A DNA stretch of 34,811 bases, from the IMG/VR virus record IMGVR_UViG_3300025018_000077, positions 1 to 34,811 of that record; one strand, written 5' to 3'. The number at the start of each line of letters is the position of its first letter. Within the stretch, counting starts at the first letter, position 1. The DNA comes from a virus (taxonomy: Duplodnaviria; Caudoviricetes). Shown piece after piece: positions 9,433-17,993 of this stretch. The translations under genes and the position numbers were made by a program. Under the pieces are notes generated by a model that made no database searches, was not told the DNA's origin, and saw only the letters and a program-made list of their open reading frames with translations.

Positions 9433-11316
9433 ATGGGTTCACTACAGACACAATCCAAAGGTGGTGGTATCAGCTCAGTATTGGCTCAATATGTCAATAT
9501 TGTAGACGCTGGTCTTTTTTTTGTATCTGGAAACGTTGAGGGTGCTTTGCAAGAAATAGGTGGCAATTTGGAAACCTTGGAAAGTGGAAAATCAGATGTT
9601 GGACATATTCATGATGATCGCTATTATACCGAGTCAGAGGCTGATATTCTACTCAATGCAAAATCAAATAATGGTCATACACACGACGATAGATACTACA
9701 CTGAAAGCGAAGCTGACACTCTTTTGAGTGGAAAGTCCAACGTAGGACATGGGCACGCTATTTCAGATGTAACAAATTTATCAACAGAACTAGGCAATAA
9801 AGAGGCCACAGCAAATAAAAACCAAGCAGGAGGTTATGTGGGGCTTGGAATGGATAGCAAAATTGCTTCATCTTATTTACCAGCAATTGCAATCACTGAA
9901 ACATTTGTAGTAACAAGTCAGGTTGATATGCTGGCACTAACGGCTCAAACTGGCGACGTGGTAGTAAGAACAGACTTGAACAAATCATATATTTTGGCAG
10001 GAACAGACCCAAGTATTTTGGCAAACTGGCAAGAATTACTTACACCAACCGACACAATATTATCTGTAAACGGACAGACTGGCACAGTGGTGCTAGATAC
10101 CGATGATGTTTCCGAGGGTGGCACAAATCAATATTTTACACAGGCACGCGCGAGGACATCACTGTCTTCGAGTATTACCGGAATTAGTTATGATAATTCC
10201 AAAGGTATTTTTTCTTTGACTGCTGGATATGTGATACCAACGACCACACAAAAAGATAATTGGAATAGTGCCTATGGCTGGGGTAATCATGCTTTGGCTG
10301 GATACTTAACAAGCTACACCGAAACGGACCCAATTTTTGTGGCAAGCCAAGCTCACAATATCACGCTCACTGACATAACAAATTTGAGTAATTTATCTGG
10401 GGTCAATACAGGTGATCAAGATTTGTCTGGTTATGTAACAAAAGCCGGTTCACTTACTCAAATTACAACAAGAAGTCATGCTGATTTACAAAATTTAGGT
10501 GTTGATGATCATACACAATATGGATTATTAGCTGGAAGAAGCGGTGGACAAACACTAGTGGGAGGTAGTGCTATAACTGACAAACTAATATTACAAGGTA
10601 CATCAGGCAATGGAACACTTACATCACCGTCTGTAGTCGTCAATGTTGGAAACAATGGAGCGTCAGAAGCCATGAGCATTTTGAATAATAAAATTATAAA
10701 TTTTGGGGGACGTTCTCAAACTACTTACAATTATGATTTTTATGGTAATACTAGATTTTCTCACCGACTATATATAGGTGACAGTCAAACCGCCGCCGGA
10801 CTAAATACTGCTGTCTATGTATATCTAGCTAGTGGCTATCGTAACGCTTTGGCAGCCAATGGCTCGACAGGCAAGCTAGTGTATGTCGCAATCGGCGGTA
10901 CACAAGGTATTGAGATATTAACACTTAATAGGTCTGTAGATCTTACGATGCTCACTACAGATGCTAATCACGGACTAACACTCAATACAACAACATTAAC
11001 CTCGACAGGTCAACATCACTTAGGAATACAAACACGTTTCAACGGAGTTGGTACCTATGACGCACAAAATATTTTGCTAAAAGATGACGCGTCAAATTCA
11101 GCAAGTAGCTTTTTGGCAATGTATTTGTGGAATGGTTCGAGTTATATAAATAAATTTAAAATCAGAAAAGACGGACTACTTATAACAACACAAGATATTT
11201 ATATCAATGACACAAACAAAGGACTAATCCAAAAATCAGCAGACGGTACCTGCTGGAAACTATCCATAGATAATTCAGGGGTAATATCAGCGTCATCGCT
11301 TACTTGCCCAGCTTAA
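9433..11316 (+). CDS. Tail fibre protein
   Basis: Two H.HDDRYYTESE repeats, SVNGQTGTVVL, WNSAYGWGNHA, C-terminal KGLIQKSADGTCWKLSIDNSG. Confidence 0.85.
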   Translation: MGSLQTQSKGGGISSVLAQYVNIVDAGLFFVSGNVEGALQEIGGNLETLESGKSDVGHIHDDRYYTESEADILLNAKSNNGHTHDDRYYTESEADTLLSGKSNVGHGHAISDVTNLSTELGNKEATANKNQAGGYVGLGMDSKIASSYLPAIAITETFVVTSQVDMLALTAQTGDVVVRTDLNKSYILAGTDPSILANWQELLTPTDTILSVNGQTGTVVLDTDDVSEGGTNQYFTQARARTSLSSSITGISYDNSKGIFSLTAGYVIPTTTQKDNWNSAYGWGNHALAGYLTSYTETDPIFVASQAHNITLTDITNLSNLSGVNTGDQDLSGYVTKAGSLTQITTRSHADLQNLGVDDHTQYGLLAGRSGGQTLVGGSAITDKLILQGTSGNGTLTSPSVVVNVGNNGASEAMSILNNKIINFGGRSQTTYNYDFYGNTRFSHRLYIGDSQTAAGLNTAVYVYLASGYRNALAANGSTGKLVYVAIGGTQGIEILTLNRSVDLTMLTTDANHGLTLNTTTLTSTGQHHLGIQTRFNGVGTYDAQNILLKDDASNSASSFLAMYLWNGSSYINKFKIRKDGLLITTQDIYINDTNKGLIQKSADGTCWKLSIDNSGVISASSLTCPA

Positions 11317-11326
11317 CAATAATTTT

Positions 11327-11545
11327 ATGCCAAAATTTATACAAGAGTTGGACTCAAAAGGAAGCCCAACAGGTAGCGTCATTGAACGCAACGATAGAAA
11401 ACTAAACAACAAAGAAATAAATGAAAGGATTGAAAATTTAAAAATTGATATACAAAATATGAGACAAAATCGTGAAGACATTGCTATAACTATTGCCGAA
11501 AAACAAGCACAAATAGATAAATTAAAATTATTAAAAATTAACTAA
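11327..11545 (+). CDS. Hypothetical coiled-coil protein
   Basis: ORF with heptad pattern. Confidence 0.6.
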   Translation: MPKFIQELDSKGSPTGSVIERNDRKLNNKEINERIENLKIDIQNMRQNREDIAITIAEKQAQIDKLKLLKIN

Positions 11546-11551
11546 AAAAAT

Positions 11552-12022
11552 ATGGTTACTCTAAAACTATTAGACGTAAAAACTCCAAAAAAATTGGAGG
11601 AAAAAATAAGAAAATCTATTGAAACACAAAGAGCTTTATACGTTGGCAAAATTGCCAAAGAAAAGGGCGAACAAATTATTATTACAAAAAAAAAAGCCGA
11701 AGAATTGCTCAAAATGCCAGAATATAACAAATTGGAAAATATTGTAAATAACATAATTGACATGATGGAAATTTACATAAAGTTAAAACACAAAGACAAA
11801 GAAACAGGCGATATTGTGGTACCTTGGAATACAAGAAAAACAATCGCTAAAATCAATCAAAAAATGATAGATGTGGAAGATGATGGAGTAGTTGAGTTGA
11901 GTGATGATCAGACAGATTTTTTGATTGGTATATCACGCGAAGAATTACCACTCAACGATACTTTTGTCTATTTCATTGAATATTTGGAAGACGAAAAACT
12001 AGCACAAAAATCTAAAGAATAA
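11552..12022 (+). CDS. Hypothetical protein
   Basis: 156-aa ORF in operon. Confidence 0.65.
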   Translation: MVTLKLLDVKTPKKLEEKIRKSIETQRALYVGKIAKEKGEQIIITKKKAEELLKMPEYNKLENIVNNIIDMMEIYIKLKHKDKETGDIVVPWNTRKTIAKINQKMIDVEDDGVVELSDDQTDFLIGISREELPLNDTFVYFIEYLEDEKLAQKSKE

Positions 12023-12024
12023 AT

Positions 12025-12417
12025 ATGTACATCACAGCATTTTTTACAAATAACGGCGTACCGGCCACTGGGCTGATACCAACAATAAAAATTCGCAAAT
12101 TGTCAGATAATTCTTTGGTGGTGACAGACGCGGTAATGGTCGAGGTAGGGGATGGAATATACAAATATAATTTCACTGGTTACAACGCGTCAATAGATTA
12201 TGCCGTGAGATGTGATGGTGGAGATGATTTGCAAGATAGTGACAGATATTCATACGGGACCGATTATGCCAAAAGTCCACTAGCCACAGCGAGCCACAGA
12301 ATAGTAGATCAGACTTTGGAAATCTACAATGAAAACGGAGTGCTTTTGTCTTTCAATCTATACGACGACACAGACAATCCAAGTGCAACCAATGTTTATA
12401 AAAAAGAAATAATTTAA
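12025..12417 (+). CDS. Hypothetical virion protein (Ig-like)
   Basis: GVPATGL.PTI...EVGDGIYKYNF pattern. Confidence 0.55.
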   Translation: MYITAFFTNNGVPATGLIPTIKIRKLSDNSLVVTDAVMVEVGDGIYKYNFTGYNASIDYAVRCDGGDDLQDSDRYSYGTDYAKSPLATASHRIVDQTLEIYNENGVLLSFNLYDDTDNPSATNVYKKEII

Positions 12418-12426
12418 TTTAATAAT

Positions 12427-12660
12427 ATGCCGTCAGACGAAATCGTCAAATTACAATTTGAACAAATAACCGAAAGTCTCAAAAGAATTGAAAAAAACTT
12501 TGAAAAATTAGAAAGCGAAAATAAAAAAGAAATTGAGGGAATTAAAAAAGAACAGACCACAATGAGAGAGGATTATTTGAAATTTAAAACCAAAGTGCTG
12601 ACTTGGGCGAGTGCTGGCGGGGTTATTGGTGGTTTTTTATCAACATTTTTAAGTAAATAA
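12427..12660 (+). CDS. Coiled-coil protein with C-terminal TM helix (XhlA/holin-like)
   Basis: Heptad repeat followed by VLTWASAGGVIGGFLSTFL. Confidence 0.5.
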   Translation: MPSDEIVKLQFEQITESLKRIEKNFEKLESENKKEIEGIKKEQTTMREDYLKFKTKVLTWASAGGVIGGFLSTFLSK

Positions 12661-12664
12661 TTGT

Positions 12665-13048
12665 ATGGGATTAGATAACATGCAGGGCGGGGACAAAGTC
12701 TTTGCCTTTGAAACAAATAATATAGTCAAAGCAATACGCACTTTGTTTGGACTTTTAACAAATAAGTGGCGTTTTATTTCTAAACAAACTATAACGTCAG
12801 GAACTTTTACAGTCCCAAAAAGAGCAAATTTTATTGTGATAGCTATTTCTCTTGTAGGAACGTCCACTACAATAAAAGGTGAAATTTTCTTATCAAGAAA
12901 TGGAAAAATGACAGGTAGTTTTATGGGTGAAACAAATAGTGCGGATAAAACAGGTCATTCATTCACTTGGAGTGGTGACACTATAACACTTGCTAGTATT
13001 GGTACTGTACTGACGAGTTATAGTCACACTGCTTATTATTATCAATAA
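12665..13048 (+). CDS. Hypothetical tail-associated protein
   Basis: TSGTFTVPK.ANFIVI motif seen in tail-fibre accessory domains. Confidence 0.5.
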   Translation: MGLDNMQGGDKVFAFETNNIVKAIRTLFGLLTNKWRFISKQTITSGTFTVPKRANFIVIAISLVGTSTTIKGEIFLSRNGKMTGSFMGETNSADKTGHSFTWSGDTITLASIGTVLTSYSHTAYYYQ

Positions 13049-13054
13049 AAAATT

Positions 13055-14773
13055 ATGAACAACACAATTATAGACAATTTTTTTAACACGAGCGTCCAAG
13101 ACAATGTCGTGGATTATATAGATAGTGTGGCTAATTCAGGACAAGCCAATGTAGTCGTCAGTGACGGCGGTAACTTTAGTGTCGGTGAACAAGTTGTATT
13201 ATACGACGGACAAAATGCTTTTGAAACGGTAATAATTCTTAGTATTTCTACAGACACGTTGACGATGACGACAAATTTAGCAAATACATATTCTGAGGGA
13301 TCACGAATTGGAAGATATCTCGGATACTTAGATACTACAAATAATAAATTTCAAAGATTGCTTGCACCGGATTTGGGAACGGGTGCAGACGGAGCTTTTG
13401 TATCAAGTGGAAATGCTACTTGGAATAGTGAAAAAAACTATACTTCAATTACAATCCAGAGCGGACATATAATCACAATTGACGGAAACTTTGCAATAAA
13501 ATGTCAGGGACTTTTTGATATTCAAGCTGGAGGAAAATTGACTGCTAAGGGGTACGGACACGCAGGAGGGGCTGGGGGTCAATACACCAATAGTAGACAA
13601 GGGACAAGTCAACTTGGGGTAGGAACAACTTCGCAAACAGCTAACGGAGGTGGAGGTGGTGGTGGAGATGGTTCTGGCAGTAGTACTTCTCGTGGTGGTG
13701 GTGGTGGTGCTGGATATGGAAACGCAGGTACTGATGGAAATAAATCAGCTGGGGAGACAACGGCTGTTGGTGGTTCAACCTATAATGACGCTGGACTTAC
13801 TACTTTTTCAATAGAATACTTAAAGGGATCAGGTGGTGGTGGAGGGGGAAGTTCTGAGACTGGTTGTGGTAATGGAGGTGAGGGAGGTGGAATAATTAGA
13901 ATTCACTGTTTGAATTTTATCTGTGCCGGTGAAATTGACTGTGATGGTAATGATGGTGTCACACCAAGTTTGGCTAGTGCTTATTACAAGGCGGCCGGTG
14001 GAGGAGGATCAGGCGGGACTATCTTTATTCAGGTAATCCAAAAAGCCATTGTCGGAACTGCCCTTATTCATGCTAGTGGTGGTGCTGGCGGACTAGGTAA
14101 AGGTACTGCTGGCAATGATAGTTCTGGCAATGGTGGTGCTGGTGGTGCTGGTCGCATACGTATCGAAGCTGGAAAAATTACAGGTACAACAAGCCCGACA
14201 CACGCAACAGGTTATTCCAATAATATGGGAGCCTTTGCAAAATATGGTTTCTATCACACAGAAGAAATACAATCACTTAATGATCTTATTACCGGCAATT
14301 GTTATATAGAACAAGAAATTGTCAGGACTGCAAATATTGCAAGTTCTGCCAGTGCTGGACAAGCCGATGTAATAGTTGACGACGCTTCTGTTTATAACGA
14401 GGGCGAAAAAATTATATTGATAGAAAATGAAAAAATGGAAGTAAAAACAATTGATAGCATTGTTTCAAATACTCTAACAATGACAGAAAACTTGATAAAC
14501 AGTTATACAACTTCGGGCGATGTCTATGGAATTGACGCCTATGCTGACGTGAGTATCGAGCCAGTAGGGGACGATGAGAACTTTCAAGCAATGACACTCC
14601 AGACGGTGGACGACTTGGGAGATAGTATTTATTTGATTACATATTCCAAAACTGTACGTAATGAAGACGTGGGCGAAGCTGGTGTGAGATTTGTGGGACG
14701 TGTGAGATTGCAAGGTAACGACAACGATACAACAGATATAAATGTAAAAAATATTAATTGGGCGTTTATTTAA
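13055..14773 (+). CDS. Glycine-rich virion/adhesin protein with duplicated flanking domain
   Basis: GTGADG and many GGGG tracts; the N- and C-terminal ~55-aa segments are similar. Confidence 0.7.
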   Translation: MNNTIIDNFFNTSVQDNVVDYIDSVANSGQANVVVSDGGNFSVGEQVVLYDGQNAFETVIILSISTDTLTMTTNLANTYSEGSRIGRYLGYLDTTNNKFQRLLAPDLGTGADGAFVSSGNATWNSEKNYTSITIQSGHIITIDGNFAIKCQGLFDIQAGGKLTAKGYGHAGGAGGQYTNSRQGTSQLGVGTTSQTANGGGGGGGDGSGSSTSRGGGGGAGYGNAGTDGNKSAGETTAVGGSTYNDAGLTTFSIEYLKGSGGGGGGSSETGCGNGGEGGGIIRIHCLNFICAGEIDCDGNDGVTPSLASAYYKAAGGGGSGGTIFIQVIQKAIVGTALIHASGGAGGLGKGTAGNDSSGNGGAGGAGRIRIEAGKITGTTSPTHATGYSNNMGAFAKYGFYHTEEIQSLNDLITGNCYIEQEIVRTANIASSASAGQADVIVDDASVYNEGEKIILIENEKMEVKTIDSIVSNTLTMTENLINSYTTSGDVYGIDAYADVSIEPVGDDENFQAMTLQTVDDLGDSIYLITYSKTVRNEDVGEAGVRFVGRVRLQGNDNDTTDINVKNINWAFI

Positions 14774-14787
14774 TTTAATCAAAAAAT

Positions 14788-15912
14788 ATGTTGGAAGAAA
14801 ATAAAAAAGAAGTCGTCGACTTCAACGAAATAATCCCGGGCTGTGATTTGGAAGCTAGTGTCGAGCATGATAAAGACGAACGGAATTTTAGGTATTCCAA
14901 TTTGGTTGGTAATAGTGTTGCCGTTGCAGTGACTAATGTAGCCGAAGTACAATTTGGAGCTATCAATTTACCTAATAGTTTTGGTGTAGATACTCCACAA
15001 ACTTATCAAGGAAAACAACCGGCTTGTGTAGGTCATGGTGTAGGTGGACATAAGAGTGACGTAGAAACAAAAGAAGCAGGAATACCTATAATATTATCAC
15101 CAAGATTTTTATATTCTTTGTGTAAGCGTGAACAAGGTTTTATTGGTTGGGGTACAAACGTACCTTTAGCAGTTAAAATGGTTGCCGAATACGGCATACC
15201 AACAATGCAAACAATACCAGAAGCAGTTGATCTATCGGAAGAAGTATATGTGAAAATATGTGATAACGTAGGTCAAGAAGTATATGACGAGGCTAAAAAA
15301 TATAAAGCTCAGCGTACTTATTGGCATGCGTATAACGATGAGGTCGATGCAATTAAACTTATGCTTTTTAATGAAAAAGTTTCTTTGCCAACAACTTTAC
15401 CATGGTATTCCAATTATAATTATGTACCAAATGGGTATTTACCAAAACCAGTAGGAAATTCAAGTGGACATTGTGTTCGTTTAAAACATTGTGATCTATT
15501 AAAATATACAGGACACGATCCAAATTATAAAGGTATCAAGGGGACTGGAATGGATTGGAGATATACTTTCAAAAATTCCTATGGTCTGAGTTATGGTGTA
15601 AATGGAGATTTTTATGTTTGGGAGCATGATCTTGTATCTGTACATCAAATTGGTACTTTCTTTTCGACAATAGATATTCCAAAAGTTGTGGCTACTATCT
15701 TAAATAAATACCAAGGTAAAGTAATCAAAAATCCAAACAATCCAACTTGCTATCTTGTAGATAAAAAACGTGTCATAAATATTGGTGATGAGACTACTTA
15801 CAATGTAGGAAAAGATTTAACAAATCCATTGTGGCAAGATTGGCCAACAATTTTGACTGTCGAAGATGAGATTGTAGAAACACATAAAATTATAATTTCA
15901 GAGACAAAATAA
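14788..15912 (+). CDS. Papain-like C1 cysteine peptidase in the endolysin position
   Basis: QGKQPACVG (oxyanion Q and catalytic C), LSPRFLY, GHCV (H), NSYG (N); next to the holin gene. Confidence 0.85.
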   Translation: MLEENKKEVVDFNEIIPGCDLEASVEHDKDERNFRYSNLVGNSVAVAVTNVAEVQFGAINLPNSFGVDTPQTYQGKQPACVGHGVGGHKSDVETKEAGIPIILSPRFLYSLCKREQGFIGWGTNVPLAVKMVAEYGIPTMQTIPEAVDLSEEVYVKICDNVGQEVYDEAKKYKAQRTYWHAYNDEVDAIKLMLFNEKVSLPTTLPWYSNYNYVPNGYLPKPVGNSSGHCVRLKHCDLLKYTGHDPNYKGIKGTGMDWRYTFKNSYGLSYGVNGDFYVWEHDLVSVHQIGTFFSTIDIPKVVATILNKYQGKVIKNPNNPTCYLVDKKRVINIGDETTYNVGKDLTNPLWQDWPTILTVEDEIVETHKIIISETK

Positions 15913-15937
15913 TTTATTTAATTTTTAATATAAAAGT

Positions 15938-16177
15938 ATGCAAATACAAGATTTTTTCGGAATTCTGATTGTCGGAGTTCTAGTGTCTTTAGTGGTAGAT
16001 TGGGCCAAAGCAAAATTTGGTGTTCAAAGTTTGAAAACTAAATTGCTTGTTGTTGGTCTATCTATTTTGACAGGTGGTTTTTACTTTCTTTTTAGAGAAA
16101 CCCCTTGGTTTCAAAGTATGGTCGGCGTGTTAACAAGTGCCTCGGCTGTATATGCTTTGATACTTAAAAAAGAATAA
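15938..16177 (+). CDS. Putative holin
   Basis: 79 aa with three hydrophobic segments and a charged C-terminus; last gene of the late operon. Confidence 0.65.
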   Translation: MQIQDFFGILIVGVLVSLVVDWAKAKFGVQSLKTKLLVVGLSILTGGFYFLFRETPWFQSMVGVLTSASAVYALILKKE

Positions 16178-16259
16178 ACAAATAGTACTACCTCGTTCGG
16201 ACTGGACGACGAGTTGGTATAGGTGTCTTTTCTTTGGAAAGGTTGCACCGAAACAAAAC

Positions 16260-16287
16260 AACGCTTGATTTCGTCAGGCGTTTTTTT
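16260..16287 (+). terminator. Intrinsic terminator (probably bidirectional)
   Basis: AACGCTTGA-tttcg-TCAGGCGTT followed by a T-run; A-rich upstream. Confidence 0.8.
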
Positions 16288-16330
16288 GTTTATCCACACC
16301 CAAAAAATACAAAAATTTGATATAATAAAA

Positions 16331-16392
16331 TTGCTCTACTAAACACAGAGCAAAATTCCACTGAGTTGCCCCTCCTTCTCAGTGGTTTTTTT
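16331..16392 (+). ncRNA. Candidate ~60-nt sRNA with two hairpins and an anti-SD loop
   Basis: TGaTATAAT at 16318-16326; TTGCTCT/AGAGCAA stem; CCACTGAG-TTGCCCCTCCTT-CTCAGTGG followed by T7. Confidence 0.65.
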
Positions 16393-16435
16393 ATTGACAA
16401 GTGATTGACAAGTGATTGTATAGTGTTATTGACAA
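16393..16435. repeat. 11-bp tandem repeats (ATTGACAAGTG x2, ATTGTATAGTG, then ATTGACAA)
   Basis: Read directly from the sequence, upstream of the recombinase gene. Confidence 0.8.
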
Positions 16436-16574
16436 AATTATATAAAACTGGTATGGTTTGGTGTTCTTACAAAAGAACAAAGACAATTTAATCAACCACT
16501 TGTGTTCGCAAGGACGCTTTCTTACAAAGGTTATCAGACAAGTGTTTTCAAAATTAGCCAGTATATATTTTTTT

Positions 16575-16712
16575 TGGTATACTGAAAATGTAATAGGCAC
16601 ATTCCCGAAAGGAGAAAGAGCGTGCCTACTACACGCCCTTTCGGGCATAAAGCTATCCATTGAAAACATAGACCCTGATAAGTTTATGTGAGTAAGTGGG
16701 TAGCTTTTTTTT
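16575..16712 (+). promoter_or_regulatory. Recombinase promoter and structured leader ending in a terminator-like hairpin
   Basis: TGgTATACT 16575-16583; CCCGAAAGG/CCTTTCGGG; AAAGCTATCCA/TGGGTAGCTTT, with a T8 run abutting the ATG. Confidence 0.6.
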
Positions 16713-17567
16713 ATGCAAGTAGCACTAAGTCAGTTTGTAGATTGGGGACGTATAAGATACGCGCAGAGAACAGTAGATACTTACAGGGGATTAATAAATA
16801 GGTTCATTGTTTGGACCAAAAACAAAAAGCTTTGTGATATCACCATAGACGATGTCACGCAGTACTATCTCAATCTGAAAAAGAGGGGATATGCAGAGTC
16901 ATCAATTGCTTTTATGATGATTTCACTGCGACAATTTTTCCGATTTTTATTTCTGCGAGGTGAGATAAAATGGGATTATCAATTGATACAAATACCAAAA
17001 TACATGAGTAATTCATACCCTCCGGCCACCAAGGCTATATTTGAGGAAATGTCAAAAATGAAAGTTTGTAATTTCAAAGATTTGAGGGATAAAACTATTT
17101 TGCATTTTCTGTATTCGTCCGGTGTGCGAGTGTCAGAATTATGCGCAATTAAAATAGCAGATATTTCTTTGGAAAAAGGATTTGGAGTGATCATCTCAAA
17201 GAAAAATCAAAAGAAACGCATGATATTTTGGGACGATCAAACAAGAGAGATACTGGCAAGGTATTTATTGCAACGAACAGAACACTCAAAAAGCCCCTAT
17301 TTGTTTATTTCTATAGCGAGCCGTAATCTAGGACAAAAACTAACAACAAGAAGCGTACAGCGAATTGTAGAGGCTTACAGGCAGTCACCAGATATCACTC
17401 CGCACAGTTTTAGACATGGTTTAGGCATGCGGGCGGTACAAGCCAATATTCACCCTCGCTATATCCAACAAATTCTAGGACATAAGAATTTGAATAGCCA
17501 AGAAGTTTACCTAGATACTGTAGATCAAGAAGTCAAACAAGCCTATGACAAGATAAAAGGGGATTGA
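16713..17567 (+). CDS. XerC/D-like tyrosine recombinase (integrase)
   Basis: Core-binding domain plus GVRVSEL (R), HSFRH (HxxR), LGH and VY catalytic residues; 284 aa with no arm-binding domain. Confidence 0.93.
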   Translation: MQVALSQFVDWGRIRYAQRTVDTYRGLINRFIVWTKNKKLCDITIDDVTQYYLNLKKRGYAESSIAFMMISLRQFFRFLFLRGEIKWDYQLIQIPKYMSNSYPPATKAIFEEMSKMKVCNFKDLRDKTILHFLYSSGVRVSELCAIKIADISLEKGFGVIISKKNQKKRMIFWDDQTREILARYLLQRTEHSKSPYLFISIASRNLGQKLTTRSVQRIVEAYRQSPDITPHSFRHGLGMRAVQANIHPRYIQQILGHKNLNSQEVYLDTVDQEVKQAYDKIKGD

Positions 17568-17592
17568 CGACACGTCAAACTTAGTGTATAGT
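17564..17592 (+). promoter_or_regulatory. Promoter for the HTH gene, with a palindromic operator over the -35
   Basis: TTGACG-17-TATAGT; inverted repeat TTGACG-ACA-CGTCAA 17564-17578; ATG 7 nt after the -10 (nearly leaderless). Confidence 0.8.
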
Positions 17593-17599
17593 ATCTTAT

Positions 17600-17791
17600 A
17601 TGAAAACAGAAAATAAAAAAACTATAGGAAAACCTGTCAATCAAAAAAGGAGAGAAATAATTGTCAAACTTCGAGATGACGAAAATTTGAGTTTTGCCAA
17701 AATAGGGGAGGCCTTAGGAGTGTCAAAACAGTGTGTTTATACCACTTATGTGAGGGCAAAGAACGTCAAACAAATTATCCACAGCCTTTAG
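17600..17791 (+). CDS. Small HTH DNA-binding protein (Cro/Xis-like)
   Basis: LSFAKIGEALGVSKQCV helix-turn-helix. Confidence 0.85.
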   Translation: MKTENKKTIGKPVNQKRREIIVKLRDDENLSFAKIGEALGVSKQCVYTTYVRAKNVKQIIHSL

Positions 17792-17821
17792 TTTGACACA
17801 TTTTGATTATAGGTTTATACT
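17775..17821 (+). promoter_or_regulatory. Strong early promoter with an upstream DnaA box
   Basis: TTATCCACA 17775-17783; TTGACA 17793-17798, 17 bp spacer, TATACT 17816-17821. Confidence 0.85.
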
Positions 17822-17842
17822 GAAATCATATAGCAAATACAT

Positions 17843-17853
17843 GTCGTTCATTA
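17843..17853 (+). promoter_or_regulatory. boxA-like element (copy 1; exact repeat at 18200-18210)
   Basis: GTCGTTCATTA occurs at both ends of the early leader. Confidence 0.55.
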
Positions 17854-17921
17854 CAACCTAGCATCCGGTGGGGAATACAGGATAAAGGCTTAGATAAAAG
17901 CCTTAAAAAAAGCTTTATCTA

Positions 17922-17949
17922 ATGTCGCACAAAATGTCTTATGTGACAT
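17922..17949. other. dif-like recombination site (candidate attP)
   Basis: ATGTCGCACAA-AATGTC-TTATGTGACAT: 11-6-11 pseudo-palindrome with a XerD-arm-like TTATGT. Confidence 0.7.
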
Positions 17950-17993
17950 AGAAAAAAGCCAAACAAACACAAAAACAAACATAAAAGTATAGT

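Noticed and set aside
13564-13572. AGGAGGGGC as a target of the sRNA loop
   Set aside because: A 9-nt match inside Gly codons of a G-rich gene is expected by chance.
9433-14773. Diversity-generating retroelement targeting tail fibres
   Set aside because: No reverse transcriptase and no adenine-variant template/variable repeat pair was seen; the HDDRYYTESE repeats are ordinary fibre repeats.
16391-16691. ORFs 16458-16691 (+) and 16391-16669 (-)
   Set aside because: No protein motifs, and the region is better explained by promoters, repeats and RNA structure.
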